A stretch of DNA of 64,000 nucleotides from an uncultured Alphaproteobacteria bacterium (GCA_963717565.1 CAVQWJ010000005.1:129242-193241), one strand, 5' to 3'. Shown: positions 44,004 through 54,441, counted from the first letter of the stretch. The notes: generated by a model from the letters alone, not told the origin. Made by a program: numbers and translations.

Positions 44004-44764
44004 GTTTCTCCATCGAAAAATCGCGGCAACGCGACGCGACCGTTGGGACGCTGATCGGCGTCGGGCTTGGCCCCGGCGATCCGGAGCTCGTCACCGTGAA
44101 AGCGGCGCGCCTGATCGGCGAAGCGAAAGTCGTCGCCTATTTCGCCAAGCGCGGCCGGATGAGCCATGCGCGCAGCATCGCGGAATGCTATTTTTCGAGG
44201 CCGCTCGAAGAACTGCCGCTGCTTTATCCCGTCACGACCGAAATCCCTTTCGACGACCCGGCCTATGTCGCCGCGCTCGCGAATTTCTACGAGGAAAGCG
44301 CCACGCGCATTGGCTCCTTTCTCAAACAGGGCCAGGACGTGACGCTCCTGTGCGAAGGCGATCCGCTGCTCTATGGCTCTTTCATGCATATCTTCACGCG
44401 GCTCGACGGACTCTTTCGCGTGGAGATCTGTGCGGGCGTTTCGGGCATGTCCGGATGTTTCGCGGCGGCGCGACAGCCGATGACATGGGGCGACGACGTG
44501 CTGACCGTCCTGCCGGCGACGCTCGACGAAGATACGCTTGCGGAGCGACTGTCAAAGACCGACGCGGCCGTCGTGATGAAGCTCGGCGGCAACTTCCCGA
44601 AATTGCGGCGTGCGATGAAGCGCGCCGGCGTGGCCGACCGCGCGATTTATGTCGAGCGCGGCACGATGGCGGGTGAGAAGATCATGCCGTTCAACGAAAA
44701 GAGCGACGATAGCGCGCCATATTTCTCCATGGTGCTGGCGCCCGGGCAAGGTCGTCGCCCGTGA
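44000..44764 (+). CDS. cobI: Precorrin-2 C20-methyltransferase
   Basis: GVGLGPGDPELVT, EGDPLLYG, YFSM. Confidence 0.92.
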   Translation: MSFSIEKSRQRDATVGTLIGVGLGPGDPELVTVKAARLIGEAKVVAYFAKRGRMSHARSIAECYFSRPLEELPLLYPVTTEIPFDDPAYVAALANFYEESATRIGSFLKQGQDVTLLCEGDPLLYGSFMHIFTRLDGLFRVEICAGVSGMSGCFAAARQPMTWGDDVLTVLPATLDEDTLAERLSKTDAAVVMKLGGNFPKLRRAMKRAGVADRAIYVERGTMAGEKIMPFNEKSDDSAPYFSMVLAPGQGRRP

Positions 44765-45513
44765 GCGGAATTCTCTACATCGTCGGTCTGGGACCCGCCG
44801 ACGAGCGTTGGCTGACGATTGAAGCGCAGCAGGCGCTTGCCGAGGCGCAGGACATCATCGGCTACGAGCCCTATGTCGCGCGCGTCCCCATGCGCGAAGG
44901 CCAGACGCGGCTCGCAAGCGACAATCGCGTCGAACTCGACCGCGCGCGCGAGGCCCTCCTGCGCGCGCAGGCGGGACGCATCGTCGCCGTTGTGTCGGGC
45001 GGCGATCCCGGCGTCTTCGCCATGGCGGCCGCCGTATTCGAGGCCGTGGACGACGGCGCGCCCGAATGGCGCGCTCTCGATATTCGCGTCATTCCCGGCG
45101 TCTCCGCCATGCAAGCCGCCGCCGCGCGACTCGGCGCGCCGCTTGGTCACGATTTCTGCGCGATTTCGCTTTCCGACAATCTCAAGCCCTGGAACGTGAT
45201 CGAAAAGCGTCTGGAACATGCGGCGCGCGGCGATTTCGTCATCGCGCTGTACAATCCGGCGTCGCGCGCGCGGCCGACGCGCATCGCCGACGCCTTCGCG
45301 CTGTTGCGCCGGTTCCTGCCCAACGAAACATTCATCGCCCTCGCAAAATCGGTTGGCCGGACCGGGGAGGAGTTCGTCCTCACTGATCTTGGCGGCGTCG
45401 ATCCTTCTCTGGTCGATATGTCCACGCTCGTCATCATTGGCGCCAGCGGCACGAAGCGCATTGCGCGCGACGGCGCGCGGGATTGGGTCTATAGCTCGCG
45501 AAAGGCTGTCTGA
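44761..45513 (+). CDS. cobJ: Precorrin-3B C17-methyltransferase
   Basis: VSGGDPGVFAMA, GHDFCAISLSD, LYNP. Confidence 0.92.
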   Translation: MSGILYIVGLGPADERWLTIEAQQALAEAQDIIGYEPYVARVPMREGQTRLASDNRVELDRAREALLRAQAGRIVAVVSGGDPGVFAMAAAVFEAVDDGAPEWRALDIRVIPGVSAMQAAAARLGAPLGHDFCAISLSDNLKPWNVIEKRLEHAARGDFVIALYNPASRARPTRIADAFALLRRFLPNETFIALAKSVGRTGEEFVLTDLGGVDPSLVDMSTLVIIGASGTKRIARDGARDWVYSSRKAV

Positions 45514-46716
45514 ATGGAGAAATGGCTCTCCATCATCGGCATTGGCGAAGATGGCTTCGAGGGCCTCGCGCCCGCCGCGCGCGCGCTGATCGCGCAGGCG
45601 ACGCTGATCGTCGGCGGCGCGCGGCATTTGTCGCTCATCGGCGAAACAGGAGCCGAGCGGCTGCAATGGCCCTCGCCAATCACCGACGCCCTGCCCCGCA
45701 TTCTCGCGCAGCGCGGAAAGCCGACTGTCGTCGCGGCGTCGGGCGATCCATTCTTCTACGGCGTCGGCGATCTGCTGACGCGCCATGTCCCGCGTGAAGA
45801 AATTTTTTCGCTTCCCGCGCCTTCCGCTTTCTCACTTGCGGCGTCTCGTCTCGGGTGGAGTCAGCAGGACTGCGCTCTGCTTTCCCTGCATGGCCGCGCT
45901 TTCGAGCGGTTGACGCCACGCCTGCAACCCCGCGCGCGCATCATCGCACTTTCATGGGACGAGACCACGCCCGCGCGCATCGCCGAACATCTTGCCGCGC
46001 GCGGCATGGGGGGCTCGCGGATGTTCGTGCTCGAACATCTCGGCGGGCCGCAGGAACGCCTGCGCGAGACGCGCGCCGACGCCTTCGCTTTGCATGACGT
46101 CGCGGCGCTGAACACTGTCGCCATCGAGCTGGACGCCGCGCCGGGGGCGCGCGTCATTCCGCTCGCGCCGGGTCTCCCGGACGAATGGTTCGAGAACGAC
46201 GGCCAGATCACCAAACGCGATATTCGCGCAGTGACGCTCTCCGCGCTCGCGCCGCGCAAGGGAGAGCTTCTTTGGGACGTCGGCGCCGGTTCCGGCTCCA
46301 TCTCGATCGAATGGATGCTCAGCGACCCCGCCAATCGCGCAATCGCGATCGAACGGGACACAGCGCGTGCAGCGCGTATCGCGCGCAATGCTCTCTCACT
46401 CGGCGTTCCCGACCTCGAGATCGTCACGGGCGCCGCGCCGCAGGCGCTCGCAAGCCTGGCGCCGCCAGACGCGATCTTCATCGGCGGCGGCGCCAATATG
46501 CACACACTCGACGCGGCCTGGCGAGCGCTGTCGAGCAATGGGAGAATTGTCATCAACGGCGTCACACTGGAGACACAGGGGCTGCTTGCGCAAGCCTTCT
46601 CGGAGAAAGGGGGCGAGCTTGTTCATCTGCAGGTTTCGCACGCGCGGCCTGTCGGCCGCTTTCATGCGCTCGATCCGGGCATGGCCGTGCTGCAATGGCG
46701 CGGGGTGAAGCCATGA
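45514..46716 (+). CDS. cobL: Precorrin-6Y C5,15-methyltransferase (decarboxylating)
   Basis: SGDPFFYG, GQITK, LWDVGAGSGS, FIGGG. Confidence 0.92.
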   Translation: MEKWLSIIGIGEDGFEGLAPAARALIAQATLIVGGARHLSLIGETGAERLQWPSPITDALPRILAQRGKPTVVAASGDPFFYGVGDLLTRHVPREEIFSLPAPSAFSLAASRLGWSQQDCALLSLHGRAFERLTPRLQPRARIIALSWDETTPARIAEHLAARGMGGSRMFVLEHLGGPQERLRETRADAFALHDVAALNTVAIELDAAPGARVIPLAPGLPDEWFENDGQITKRDIRAVTLSALAPRKGELLWDVGAGSGSISIEWMLSDPANRAIAIERDTARAARIARNALSLGVPDLEIVTGAAPQALASLAPPDAIFIGGGANMHTLDAAWRALSSNGRIVINGVTLETQGLLAQAFSEKGGELVHLQVSHARPVGRFHALDPGMAVLQWRGVKP

Positions 46717-47105
46717 CCCGCTACGCCGCCGGCATCGGCGCACGCAGGGGCGTCGCCGCCGACGTCATCGTCGACCTCGTGCGCGGCATCACGCAGAAGC
46801 ATGCGATCGATCTTTCGCGCGTGACGCTGTGCACGCTCGAAAGCAAGGCCGACGAGCCGGGCGTGCATGAGGCGGCGGCGGCGCTTGGCGTCGCTCTCGT
46901 CTTTCTGCCGCTCGACGCGCTCAAAGCCCGCAAGGGCGCCGCGCCAACCCACTCGCCGCGCGTGCAGGCGATGTTTGGCGTCGGCAGCGTCGCGGAAGCC
47001 GCCGCGCTGGTCGGCGCGGGGCCGGGAAGTCGCTTGCTGGCGCCGCGCGTGGCGACGCCTTACGCCGCCTGCGCGCTGGCCATCAGCGCCGAGGATGAAG
47101 AATGA
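46713..47105 (+). CDS. cobE: Cobalamin biosynthesis protein CobE (CbiG C-terminal domain)
   Basis: [13 protein letters not shown]...KADEPG...[11 protein letters not shown]; ATG overlaps the cobL stop. Confidence 0.8.
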   Translation: MTRYAAGIGARRGVAADVIVDLVRGITQKHAIDLSRVTLCTLESKADEPGVHEAAAALGVALVFLPLDALKARKGAAPTHSPRVQAMFGVGSVAEAAALVGAGPGSRLLAPRVATPYAACALAISAEDEE

Positions 47106-47866
47106 CCGTGCATTTCATCGGCGCCGGCCCCGGCGCCGCCGATCTTCTGACGCTCCGCGGGCGCGATCTCATCGCATCATCGCCTGTCTGTCTTTATGCG
47201 GGATCGCTCGTGCCCGCTGGCGTCCTGGCGCATTGTCCAATCGGCGCCCGCATCGTCGACACGGCGCCACTGTCGCTCGACGACATCATCGCGGAAATGA
47301 AGACCGCGCATGACGCGGGGCTCGACGTCGCGCGCCTGCATTCCGGCGATCTCTCCATCTGGAGCGCCGTCGGCGAACAAACGCGTCGACTGCGTGCGCT
47401 GGACATTCCCTATACGATGACGCCCGGCGTGCCGGCCTTTGCGGCCGCCGCCGCCGCGCTGAAACGCGAATTGACGCTGCCGGAAGTCGCGCAGTCTCTC
47501 GTCCTCACGCGCACGTCGGGCCGCGCCTCGGCCATGCCGGAGCGCGAGACGCTTGCGACTTTCGCGCAATCCGGCGCGACGCTCGCAATTCATCTGTCAA
47601 TTCACGTTCTCTCGCGGATCGTCGAGGAGCTCACTCCTTTCTATGGCGCCGACTGCCCCGTGGCTCTCGTCTATCGGGCGTCCTGGCCCGACAAGTCGAT
47701 CGTTCGCGGGACCCTTGCCGACATCGAGGCGCGCGCGGCCGATACGCCGATGGAGCGCACAGCGCTGATACTGGTCGGGCCAGCGCTCGCGGCGGAGGAC
47801 TTCCGCGAGAGCGCGCTTTACGACGCGGGCTATGATCGCCGTTTTCGTCCGCGAGGCGAGCTGTGA
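47102..47866 (+). CDS. cobM: Precorrin-4 C11-methyltransferase
   Basis: [25 protein letters not shown]. Confidence 0.94.
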   Translation: MTVHFIGAGPGAADLLTLRGRDLIASSPVCLYAGSLVPAGVLAHCPIGARIVDTAPLSLDDIIAEMKTAHDAGLDVARLHSGDLSIWSAVGEQTRRLRALDIPYTMTPGVPAFAAAAAALKRELTLPEVAQSLVLTRTSGRASAMPERETLATFAQSGATLAIHLSIHVLSRIVEELTPFYGADCPVALVYRASWPDKSIVRGTLADIEARAADTPMERTALILVGPALAAEDFRESALYDAGYDRRFRPRGEL

Positions 47867-49165
47867 TCGCACCGGGCCTGCTGATCGGGGCCGCGCGCTC
47901 GGGCTCCGGCAAGACTACGCTGGCGCTCGGACTGATGCGCGCGCTGGCGCGGCGCGGATTTCGAGTCGGCGCCGTGAAATGCGGGCCAGACTATATCGAT
48001 CCGGCGTTTCACGCGGCCGCCACCGGGCGCGACAGCCTCAATCTGGACTCCTGGGCCATGGAGTCTGGAATGATCGTCTCCCTGGCCGAGCAGGCGAGCA
48101 AGCGGCGCCGACATCATCATCGCCGAGGGCGCCATGGGTCTTTTTGACGGCGCCCCGGGCGGCGCGGCCGGAACCGGCGCCAGCGCGGATGTGGCGCGGC
48201 TTCTCGGCTGGCCGATCTTGCTCGCGCATGACGTTTCGGGTCAGGCGCAGACCGCAGCCGCGGTCATTCGCGGTCTTGCCAGCCATGACTCTCGCCTGAA
48301 AATCGCCGGCGTCGTCGCCAATCGCGTCGGCAGCGACCGACATCGGCGGCTGGTTTCGGAGGGCGTTTCGGAACTGGGTCTGCGTTTATTCGGGGCCCTG
48401 CCCCGCGATGACAGCCTGCAGCTCCCGGAGCGTCATCTGGGTCTGGTGCAGGCGGGAGAGACCGAAGGGCTCGACGCCCGGCTCGACGCCCTGGCGGCCT
48501 TCGTTGAAGCCCATGTGGACGTTCTGGCGATCGCACAGGCAGTCGAAGCGTCGGCTCCAAACGCCGCGTCGGCGCGCGCCCTGCCGCCGCCGGCGAAACG
48601 GATCGCCGTCGCCCGCGACGAGGCGTTTTCCTTCTTCTATCCGCATCTGGCGCAAAGTTGGGAGGCTGCGGGCGCTGCGCTCGTCTTCTTCTCGCCTCTG
48701 GCGGACGAGCCGCCCCCCGATGACTGCGATCTTTGCTGGCTGCCCGGCGGCTACCCGGAATTACATGCCGCGCGCTTGGCCCGCTCGCGGGCGTTCCTGG
48801 ACGGTCTGCGGAATTTCGCGAAGACGCGTCCCGTCCATGGCGAGTGCGGAGGCTACATGGCGCTCGGCAAATTCATTGTCGACGCAAATGGCGACGCCCA
48901 TGAAATGGCCGGGCTGCTGGACCTCGAAACCAGCTTCGCGAAACGAAAGCTGCATCTGGGATATCGGATTGGACGTCTGGCCGATCGCCACTGCCTCGGC
49001 GGCCCGGGGCAGCGGCTTCGCGGTCACGAATTCCATTACGCGACAGTCACGCGAGAATCAGGCGAACCCTTCGTCTTTGCCAGGGACGCCTATAGCGACA
49101 CCGAGACGCCAGCCGGGCTTCGTCGCGGCCTCGTCTCGGGGTCTTTCTTCCACGTAATAGGCTGA
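47863..49165 (+). CDS. cobB: Cobyrinate a,c-diamide synthase, apparent indel near 48100
   Basis: SGSGKTT and KCGPDYIDP in the first frame; [25 protein letters not shown] in the second. Confidence 0.9.
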
Positions 49166-49168
49166 CGC

Positions 49169-49260
49169 AAGAAAAGGGGCCGCCGGAAGACCAGCGGCCC
49201 AAGTCAAGGGAGGAAACGCCCAAGGAGGGCTACGGAGCGAGACAGGATCCCGCTACGTCT
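49169..49260 (-). ncRNA. mmgR: SuhB/MmgR (alpha-r8) family small RNA
   Basis: Minus strand ...CCCUCCUUGGGCGUUUCCUCCCUUGACUUGGGCCGC...GCGGCCCCUUUU: anti-SD core plus terminator as recalled for the SuhB family. Confidence 0.8.
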
Positions 49261-49264
49261 TTTT

Positions 49265-49293
49265 TTTATAATGCTGCATCGCACAAGTGTCAA
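49265..49293 (-). promoter_or_regulatory. Near-consensus sigma70 promoter of the sRNA
   Basis: TTGACA (49293-49288), 17-nt spacer, TATAAA (49270-49265); TTGTGCG in the spacer. Confidence 0.8.
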
Positions 49294-49395
49294 GGATTTT
49301 TGCTGCAGTGCAATTTACGGCCTTTTGGCAAAGCTCTCAGACGGTGAAGCAAAGGCGCCGAAGCCAAGCCCCGGGGCCGGCGGCCGGACCTGAAC

Positions 49396-50404
49396 TCATT
49401 TTGCCTGCAGAACATTGTTGACGAATGTTCCAGATTTCTTTTCCCCGTTCGGGAACACGATTGTCCCCTCCCCGTTCGCAACGCCATTGGTGAAATCGCC
49501 GCGATATGACACCCCGTCCGGGAAGGTGAAAACGCCCCTCCCATTCGGCACGCCGTCGCGAAATTCTCCTACATATTTTTTTCCGTCCGCAAATGTATAA
49601 ACTCCCTTCCCGATAATTCTGCCGTCCACGAACTCGCCGCTGTAGGACTCCTGATTAGCGATCGTGAAAGTGCCTTTGCCATGCTTTTTGCCGTTGCGAA
49701 ATTGCCCGACATATTTGCTGCCGTCCGCAAATTCCATCGTTCCCCTTCCGTTGGCTTCTCCCTTGTCCCACTGGCCCTCGTATCTGTCTCCCGAGGTCAA
49801 TGTTGCAGCGCCATAGCAATGGGACCAGGCGACATCGAGACTTTGCGGGCACTGTTGAAGACCGCCGATGGTTGGGCCTTCCGCCTTCGCAGTTTTTGTC
49901 TTGGACTGTGCAGATTTCTCCGTCTTTGAAGACGCCGGATAATTTTTTCCCATCCGGCAGTGTGATTGTCCCTTTTCCATTCGGCAGATCGTCGGCGAAC
50001 TGGCCCGTATAGACTTTACCGTCTGCCGTTGTCAGCGTCCCCTGCCCGCTGCGTTTGAAGTTTTTGAACCCCCCGGAATAGGTCTCGCCATCCGGATTGG
50101 TTACGACACCTTTGCCATTCGCCTCGCCGTCGCGAAATTCGCCAACGTATTTCTTCCCGTCCGAGAATAGGAGCGTGCCCTTGCCGTTAGGCCTGCCGTT
50201 ACGGAACTCCCCCGAGTAGGTGTCACCCGCTGGCGTCTTGATTTCAGCGAAACAGGGCTTCTTGTTATTCTCCACGTCGTCCGCCGTGCAATCTGGCGCC
50301 TTTCCTTTTCCTGCCGCTTGCGCGGGCCAGGCGGAAATCGCGACGAGCGCGCTTATACCCATCGTAAGCAGCAGCAGGGGTTTCTTATTTGAACGCGTTC
50401 TCAT
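49396..50404 (-). CDS. Secreted MORN-repeat protein, apparent indel near 49915
   Basis: Signal peptide, then YxGEFxxGxxxGKG repeats in two blocks in two frames. Confidence 0.85.
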
Positions 50405-50712
50405 CTTGGACGGCCTCACGATCACAATCTAAGTTCTAAACAGACCAGCTGACACGAATGCGTCGTGTCCGAGAAGCGACGCTTTTGAGGCGCCTCTTTG
50501 CCTTCAATGAAGCCGTCAGCATTCCTTCAACCCTTGCTCACTAGCCTTGGCGATCGGCCAAGACGGGAAACAGCGCACCGCATGCGTCTGACGAAAAGTG
50601 TGGCTAGCTTATCACCAAATCTCCGAATCTCCGGAATTCAGTATTGCGCCTTCCGGGGCCGGCGAGCATAGTAAAACGGCAATTCGGCGAGCCTGAGTTG
50701 GTGGAGGGTTAT

Positions 50713-50973
50713 ATGCGTTCGTTCAGCAGGGTGCTTTGTTTCGCGGGTTCTTTGTTTCTTGCGCTTTGCGCCGGCGCGGCTCCAGCAACAGCCCAACAAG
50801 ACACGGGAGCCGGAATGGGCATAGTCGTTCTTGAAGACATTATTGCCAAACAACGCAACCCGGAATGCGCGGCTCCGAAAACGCATTATGATCCTTGGAC
50901 CGGCGCAATCAGCTATACGTGCGAGAGCTTAGCCATTCCCGGCAAGGCGCGCCGTTTGTCCAAGCATAATTGA
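50713..50973 (+). CDS. Small secreted hypothetical protein with two Cys in the mature part
   Basis: GGAGGG RBS; signal peptide ending APATA; ECAAPKTHYDPWTGAISYTCE. Confidence 0.6.
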   Translation: MRSFSRVLCFAGSLFLALCAGAAPATAQQDTGAGMGIVVLEDIIAKQRNPECAAPKTHYDPWTGAISYTCESLAIPGKARRLSKHN

Positions 50974-51281
50974 AGTGCATCTGTTCCTGTCCAGATTAAC
51001 CTGCCGGAAAACTGTGCAATCGGGTCGTTTAAAGCATACGAGCGCGCCCTCATCCGGACCGCTTCTGAGATTCAGATCACAGCAGCTTGCACAGCAGCGG
51101 CTTTGAATTCTAGATGTGTTTCCAATCTGCTGATATCGAGAACTCCTGCTCTCGGCAAGATGACGCACAATTCGAACCGAGAGTTCCGTCGCGCCGATGC
51201 CGCGAGCCCGCTGCCGGCGCGTTTTCGTCCCCCTTTGAGAGCGACCGCGCCAAGCCAGAAGCAAGCGAACTCAGACTTCCG

Positions 51282-51308
51282 CGCCAGCGCACTTTTTATG
51301 CGCTGGCG
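51282..51308 (-). terminator. 10-bp hairpin ending the 51-55 kb cluster
   Basis: CGCCAGCGCA / TGCGCTGGCG, 13 nt after the stop at 51322. Confidence 0.55.
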
Positions 51309-51321
51309 GTGTGACACCTGA

Positions 51322-51707
51322 TCAATTAAGGGGCTGGATGATATTTGCCGTGGTGCCGTTTTTTATGGTCGGGTTGTTTGAATTCGTTGTGTTCATAGAC
51401 GCATTCGAGCTATCGACGATGCTGCCCACGGTGAAGGCTTGCTTATCCATCTGGACACCGCCGCCGTTCTGGAAGCCCACTCCTTTCATTTCATTCAAAC
51501 TGCCGTCAACGCTTCCGTTCTGAACGACGCCGACGATATTGTTAACGCCGATTTGCGTTACGGAGGAGTAGTTAGTGCCATAGGCGGAAGCCTGGTTCTG
51601 GTTCTGGTTTTGATTCTGTGGTTCTGATTTTGGTTGTTCTGATCTCCCGCAAAGGCGGAGCCAGAAGCAATGATGATCAGCAAGGCGGCGGCAGGTAACG
51701 TTTTCAT
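51322..51707 (-). CDS. Secreted QN-rich curlin-like protein, apparent indel near 51620
   Basis: AGGAG RBS. MKTLPAAALLIIIASGSAFA signal, then GDQNNQNQN; after the frame change QNQNQNQNQASAYGTNYSSVTQIGVNNIVGVVQNG...IIQPLN*. Confidence 0.7.
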
Positions 51708-51782
51708 GACAAGCTCCTGTGTTGTTCCGTGACTGAAGTTGTCGAACTTCTGTACCAGATCCACCTGATTCACAACTATAGG

Positions 51783-53388
51783 CTAGAACGCTTTCCTCAT
51801 ATATCCGAAGGCGGTCGGAAAGTCCGCGCGCACCGGAGGCGCGCTGCCGTTAGCGTAATACTGGCCACTGGCAAGCGTCCATGTATATCCGCCGTCGACG
51901 CCAAGAGCCCATCCGTCACCCATCCAATATTCGGCGTTGCCGCGCACCTGGGCGCCGCTCACCTTCGACTGGAACCCGAGAGGAAGCATTCCGAACACCC
52001 AATCCTAGGTCCTCTGGAGAAGAGCCCATATACGTCTTGAAGCCGGTAGCGGTCACTGCAGTCTTGAATACCGGCGTCCACAGATGCTCGTAGGAGCCAA
52101 GGATCGACCAACCGGACCCGCGGGACAAATTTCCGTAGGAGCCGCTGACATAGTCCAGCGCCATGTAGGGAACGCCGAGATAGGAGATCGCTCCCTGCGT
52201 CGCGCTCGCCGAAAGCATCGCCTTGCCATACATGTTGCCGCCGAGATCGCCGAGGAAATTGCTCCATTTCCAACGATATTCGCCGGCCAGCTGGGCGGCC
52301 CAGCCCCAGGTGGAGGTTTTCTGCGCAACCGGCCCCGTGAAAGTGAACGCCGCAATATCGCGGATCTGATGCATCGCGCCCGACATATGCAGCAGGAAGG
52401 ACGGCGTGCCGATGCGGGCCTGACCGACGAAGTCGGGATACTGGACGTAATTGTAGCGCGCCAAAACGCCGTCGGCATAGCGTCGCATATGCGGATCTTC
52501 CGCCGACACGCTCAGAGAGGCGCCGAGATTGTTGACCAGGCTCGGCAGAAGGCTGTCGATGCGCTTCGTATAGGAAACCGCAGGCGTGCTGACGTAGGAT
52601 TGGTAACCGGGGAAATAGGTGTAGCCCGTGCGGCTGAAGCTGAAAAGCGTGGGCTGTATGCCAACGCGCAGACCTTCGAACTGGACCCATGCCTGATCAG
52701 TGGCGCCGCGCCAGTAGTTTCCTTGGATCTGGTTCACAGTAATGCGGTTCTCGCCGAAATAGTTTGTTTCGGTTCTCGCGTAAATTCTGGCGTTCACATA
52801 GGCAGAAATGGTTCCGTAATCCGTGTTGCGGAAGGTCAGCAAATTGACCATGCTGTCCGTGCCGACGTAAGGGTGGTCCGTCTGAGCCGCCACATACGGA
52901 TTATTGTAGTAGTAAAGCATCGGCGCGGCGGCGACGAGAGCGGTTTTTCCTTGTGCGTCCAGGCGCATCGCAGGAAAACGTTGCGTCGTGAAAGCGACGT
53001 CGCTCTTCGCGCCGTCATATCCCAAAAAGCCGGTGAACTGACCATGGATGGCGGTACAGAAGCCCGTGTCGCCGATGGTGAAGAAATTGGTGTTGCCGTT
53101 CAGGTTACACGCCGACGCCAGCAAGGGCGGAGCCGGCGCGCGCGTGTAAGACTGCGCGACACTACGGACCTCCGCCTTTTTGGCGACCGGCTTCTTCTTC
53201 TGCTTCGACGCGGATCTCAGCTCTCTGAGCGCGCGCTCTGCTTCGGCGACCGAGGCGTCTGCGTCATTATTGAACGAGGCTGGCTGGGCGATCGCTCCAC
53301 CCGTTCCTGCGCTAATGGCGGCGAAAACGCCGGCCATTACGCATGCTGATTTCGGCGCCAGCCTCATAGCATTATACCTTTTCCCCAT
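51783..53388 (-). CDS. Alphaproteobacterial Omp2-type porin with N-terminal extension, apparent indel near 51995
   Basis: CNLNGNTNFFTIGDTGFC resembles the Omp2/RopA N-terminal two-Cys motif; alternating aromatic strands; second frame ends YMRKAF with terminal Phe. Alternative start at 53367. Confidence 0.7.
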
Positions 53389-53410
53389 CCGAATGGATAT
53401 TCAAAGCACA

Positions 53411-53983
53411 TTAGTGTTGACGACCAAAACCGCTCGTAACCGTCATGCCTCCAGAAGTATAGGTAACGAGATTCATGCCTCCTGTCTCGAACAGACTCAG
53501 GTAATTGCCTTCCGCGTCACGCCAGCTCTGAAAGACGGGACCTTTGGAAAAAGCCGTGTTGTCGCCGCCCACTCCGATCGAAGAAGAGGGCGAGGAAGGG
53601 GCGCCCCGACCGACGTGCGAATGCTGGACAACGCCTGCGGTGTTCGATTTGCCGACCTGGGTGAGGTCGGAACTGTTGTAAGACGCGTCCTGAGTGATAT
53701 AGGCGTTGTTGGCGCCGTTCGTGTTCACCTGCTGAACATTGGAAAAAGCCTTTATCCCGGATTGGTTCACAACGATGCTGTTTCGATCGTTGGCCGCCTG
53801 AACGCCGAAGAAGGAGTTCAGGACGCCATTCTGATTCACGCCCATCGAGGAATTATCGTTGCCGCCGACTACCGTCACGAGATAGTTGAAGAAGGAGTTC
53901 TGATTGAACGTCTGCGCGGACGCCGATCCAACAAAAGCAGCGATTAAGAATCGACTGGAGAAAGATCTGCCGGCGCATGACAA
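53411..53983 (-). CDS. Curlin-repeat (CsgB-like) secreted protein
   Basis: About six N-x5-Q-x-G-x2-N-like repeats (NSSMGVNQNGVLN, NSIVVNQSG, NNAYITQ, NSSDLTQVGKSN, NTAGVVQ). TTG start at 53983, or ATG 53978 with a 1-bp indel. Confidence 0.65.
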   Translation of the reverse strand: MSCAGRSFSSRFLIAAFVGSASAQTFNQNSFFNYLVTVVGGNDNSSMGVNQNGVLNSFFGVQAANDRNSIVVNQSGIKAFSNVQQVNTNGANNAYITQDASYNSSDLTQVGKSNTAGVVQHSHVGRGAPSSPSSSIGVGGDNTAFSKGPVFQSWRDAEGNYLSLFETGGMNLVTYTSGGMTVTSGFGRQH

Positions 53984-54083
53984 CCCCTAGGCTTGGAGAC
54001 TTTACCCTCGACATGAGAGCCGCTGCTTGAGTATCGGGCAAAAGCTCTTAATCCATCATAAAAGCCAAATGCTTGGTTTCTCA

Positions 54084-54353
54084 CTAACGTTGCCGGATGT
54101 AGTCGTAACAATGAAAATTGTACGGCGTGTTCGTTCCATCGGGAACGGGCTGAAGAACCCAGATATCATCCCTCAGGTAATCCTGGGCCTGCGTCTGTGC
54201 GAGATACCCGCCAAGACAGGCCGGGTCTTCCTGAGACGCAGCAGGCGCAGCCTGCGGCGCAATGCGTCTTGTTTTGCGAGCGAACGCTGGCGACGCAATG
54301 AAAAATCCAGCCGCAAACGCTGCGAGAACCAATACTGAAAACACACGCCTCAT
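54084..54353 (-). CDS. 89-aa secreted hypothetical protein with two Cys
   Basis: ATG 54353 after GGGGA; MRRVFSVLVLAAFAAGFFIASPAFA signal; PACLGG...NFHCYDY. Confidence 0.65.
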   Translation of the reverse strand: MRRVFSVLVLAAFAAGFFIASPAFARKTRRIAPQAAPAASQEDPACLGGYLAQTQAQDYLRDDIWVLQPVPDGTNTPYNFHCYDYIRQR

Positions 54354-54441
54354 TACTGGTCCCCGAAAGATGACGTTGAGCGTCCTGACCGACGGCGCGG
54401 AAGGGGTAAGGGCGGCGGCGACCGCCGCCCCTGAGAGATAT

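Noticed and set aside
36033-49165. Incomplete cob pathway (no cobK, cobF, cobQ, cobD, cobU, cobS, cobT here)
   Set aside because: These genes are often at separate loci in alphaproteobacteria; absence cannot be judged from one window.
51311-51627. Plus-strand hydrophobic ORFs 51311-51523 and 51439-51627
   Set aside because: They are the antisense shadow of the QN-rich gene; the VLVLVL tract is the complement of the CAGAAC repeats.
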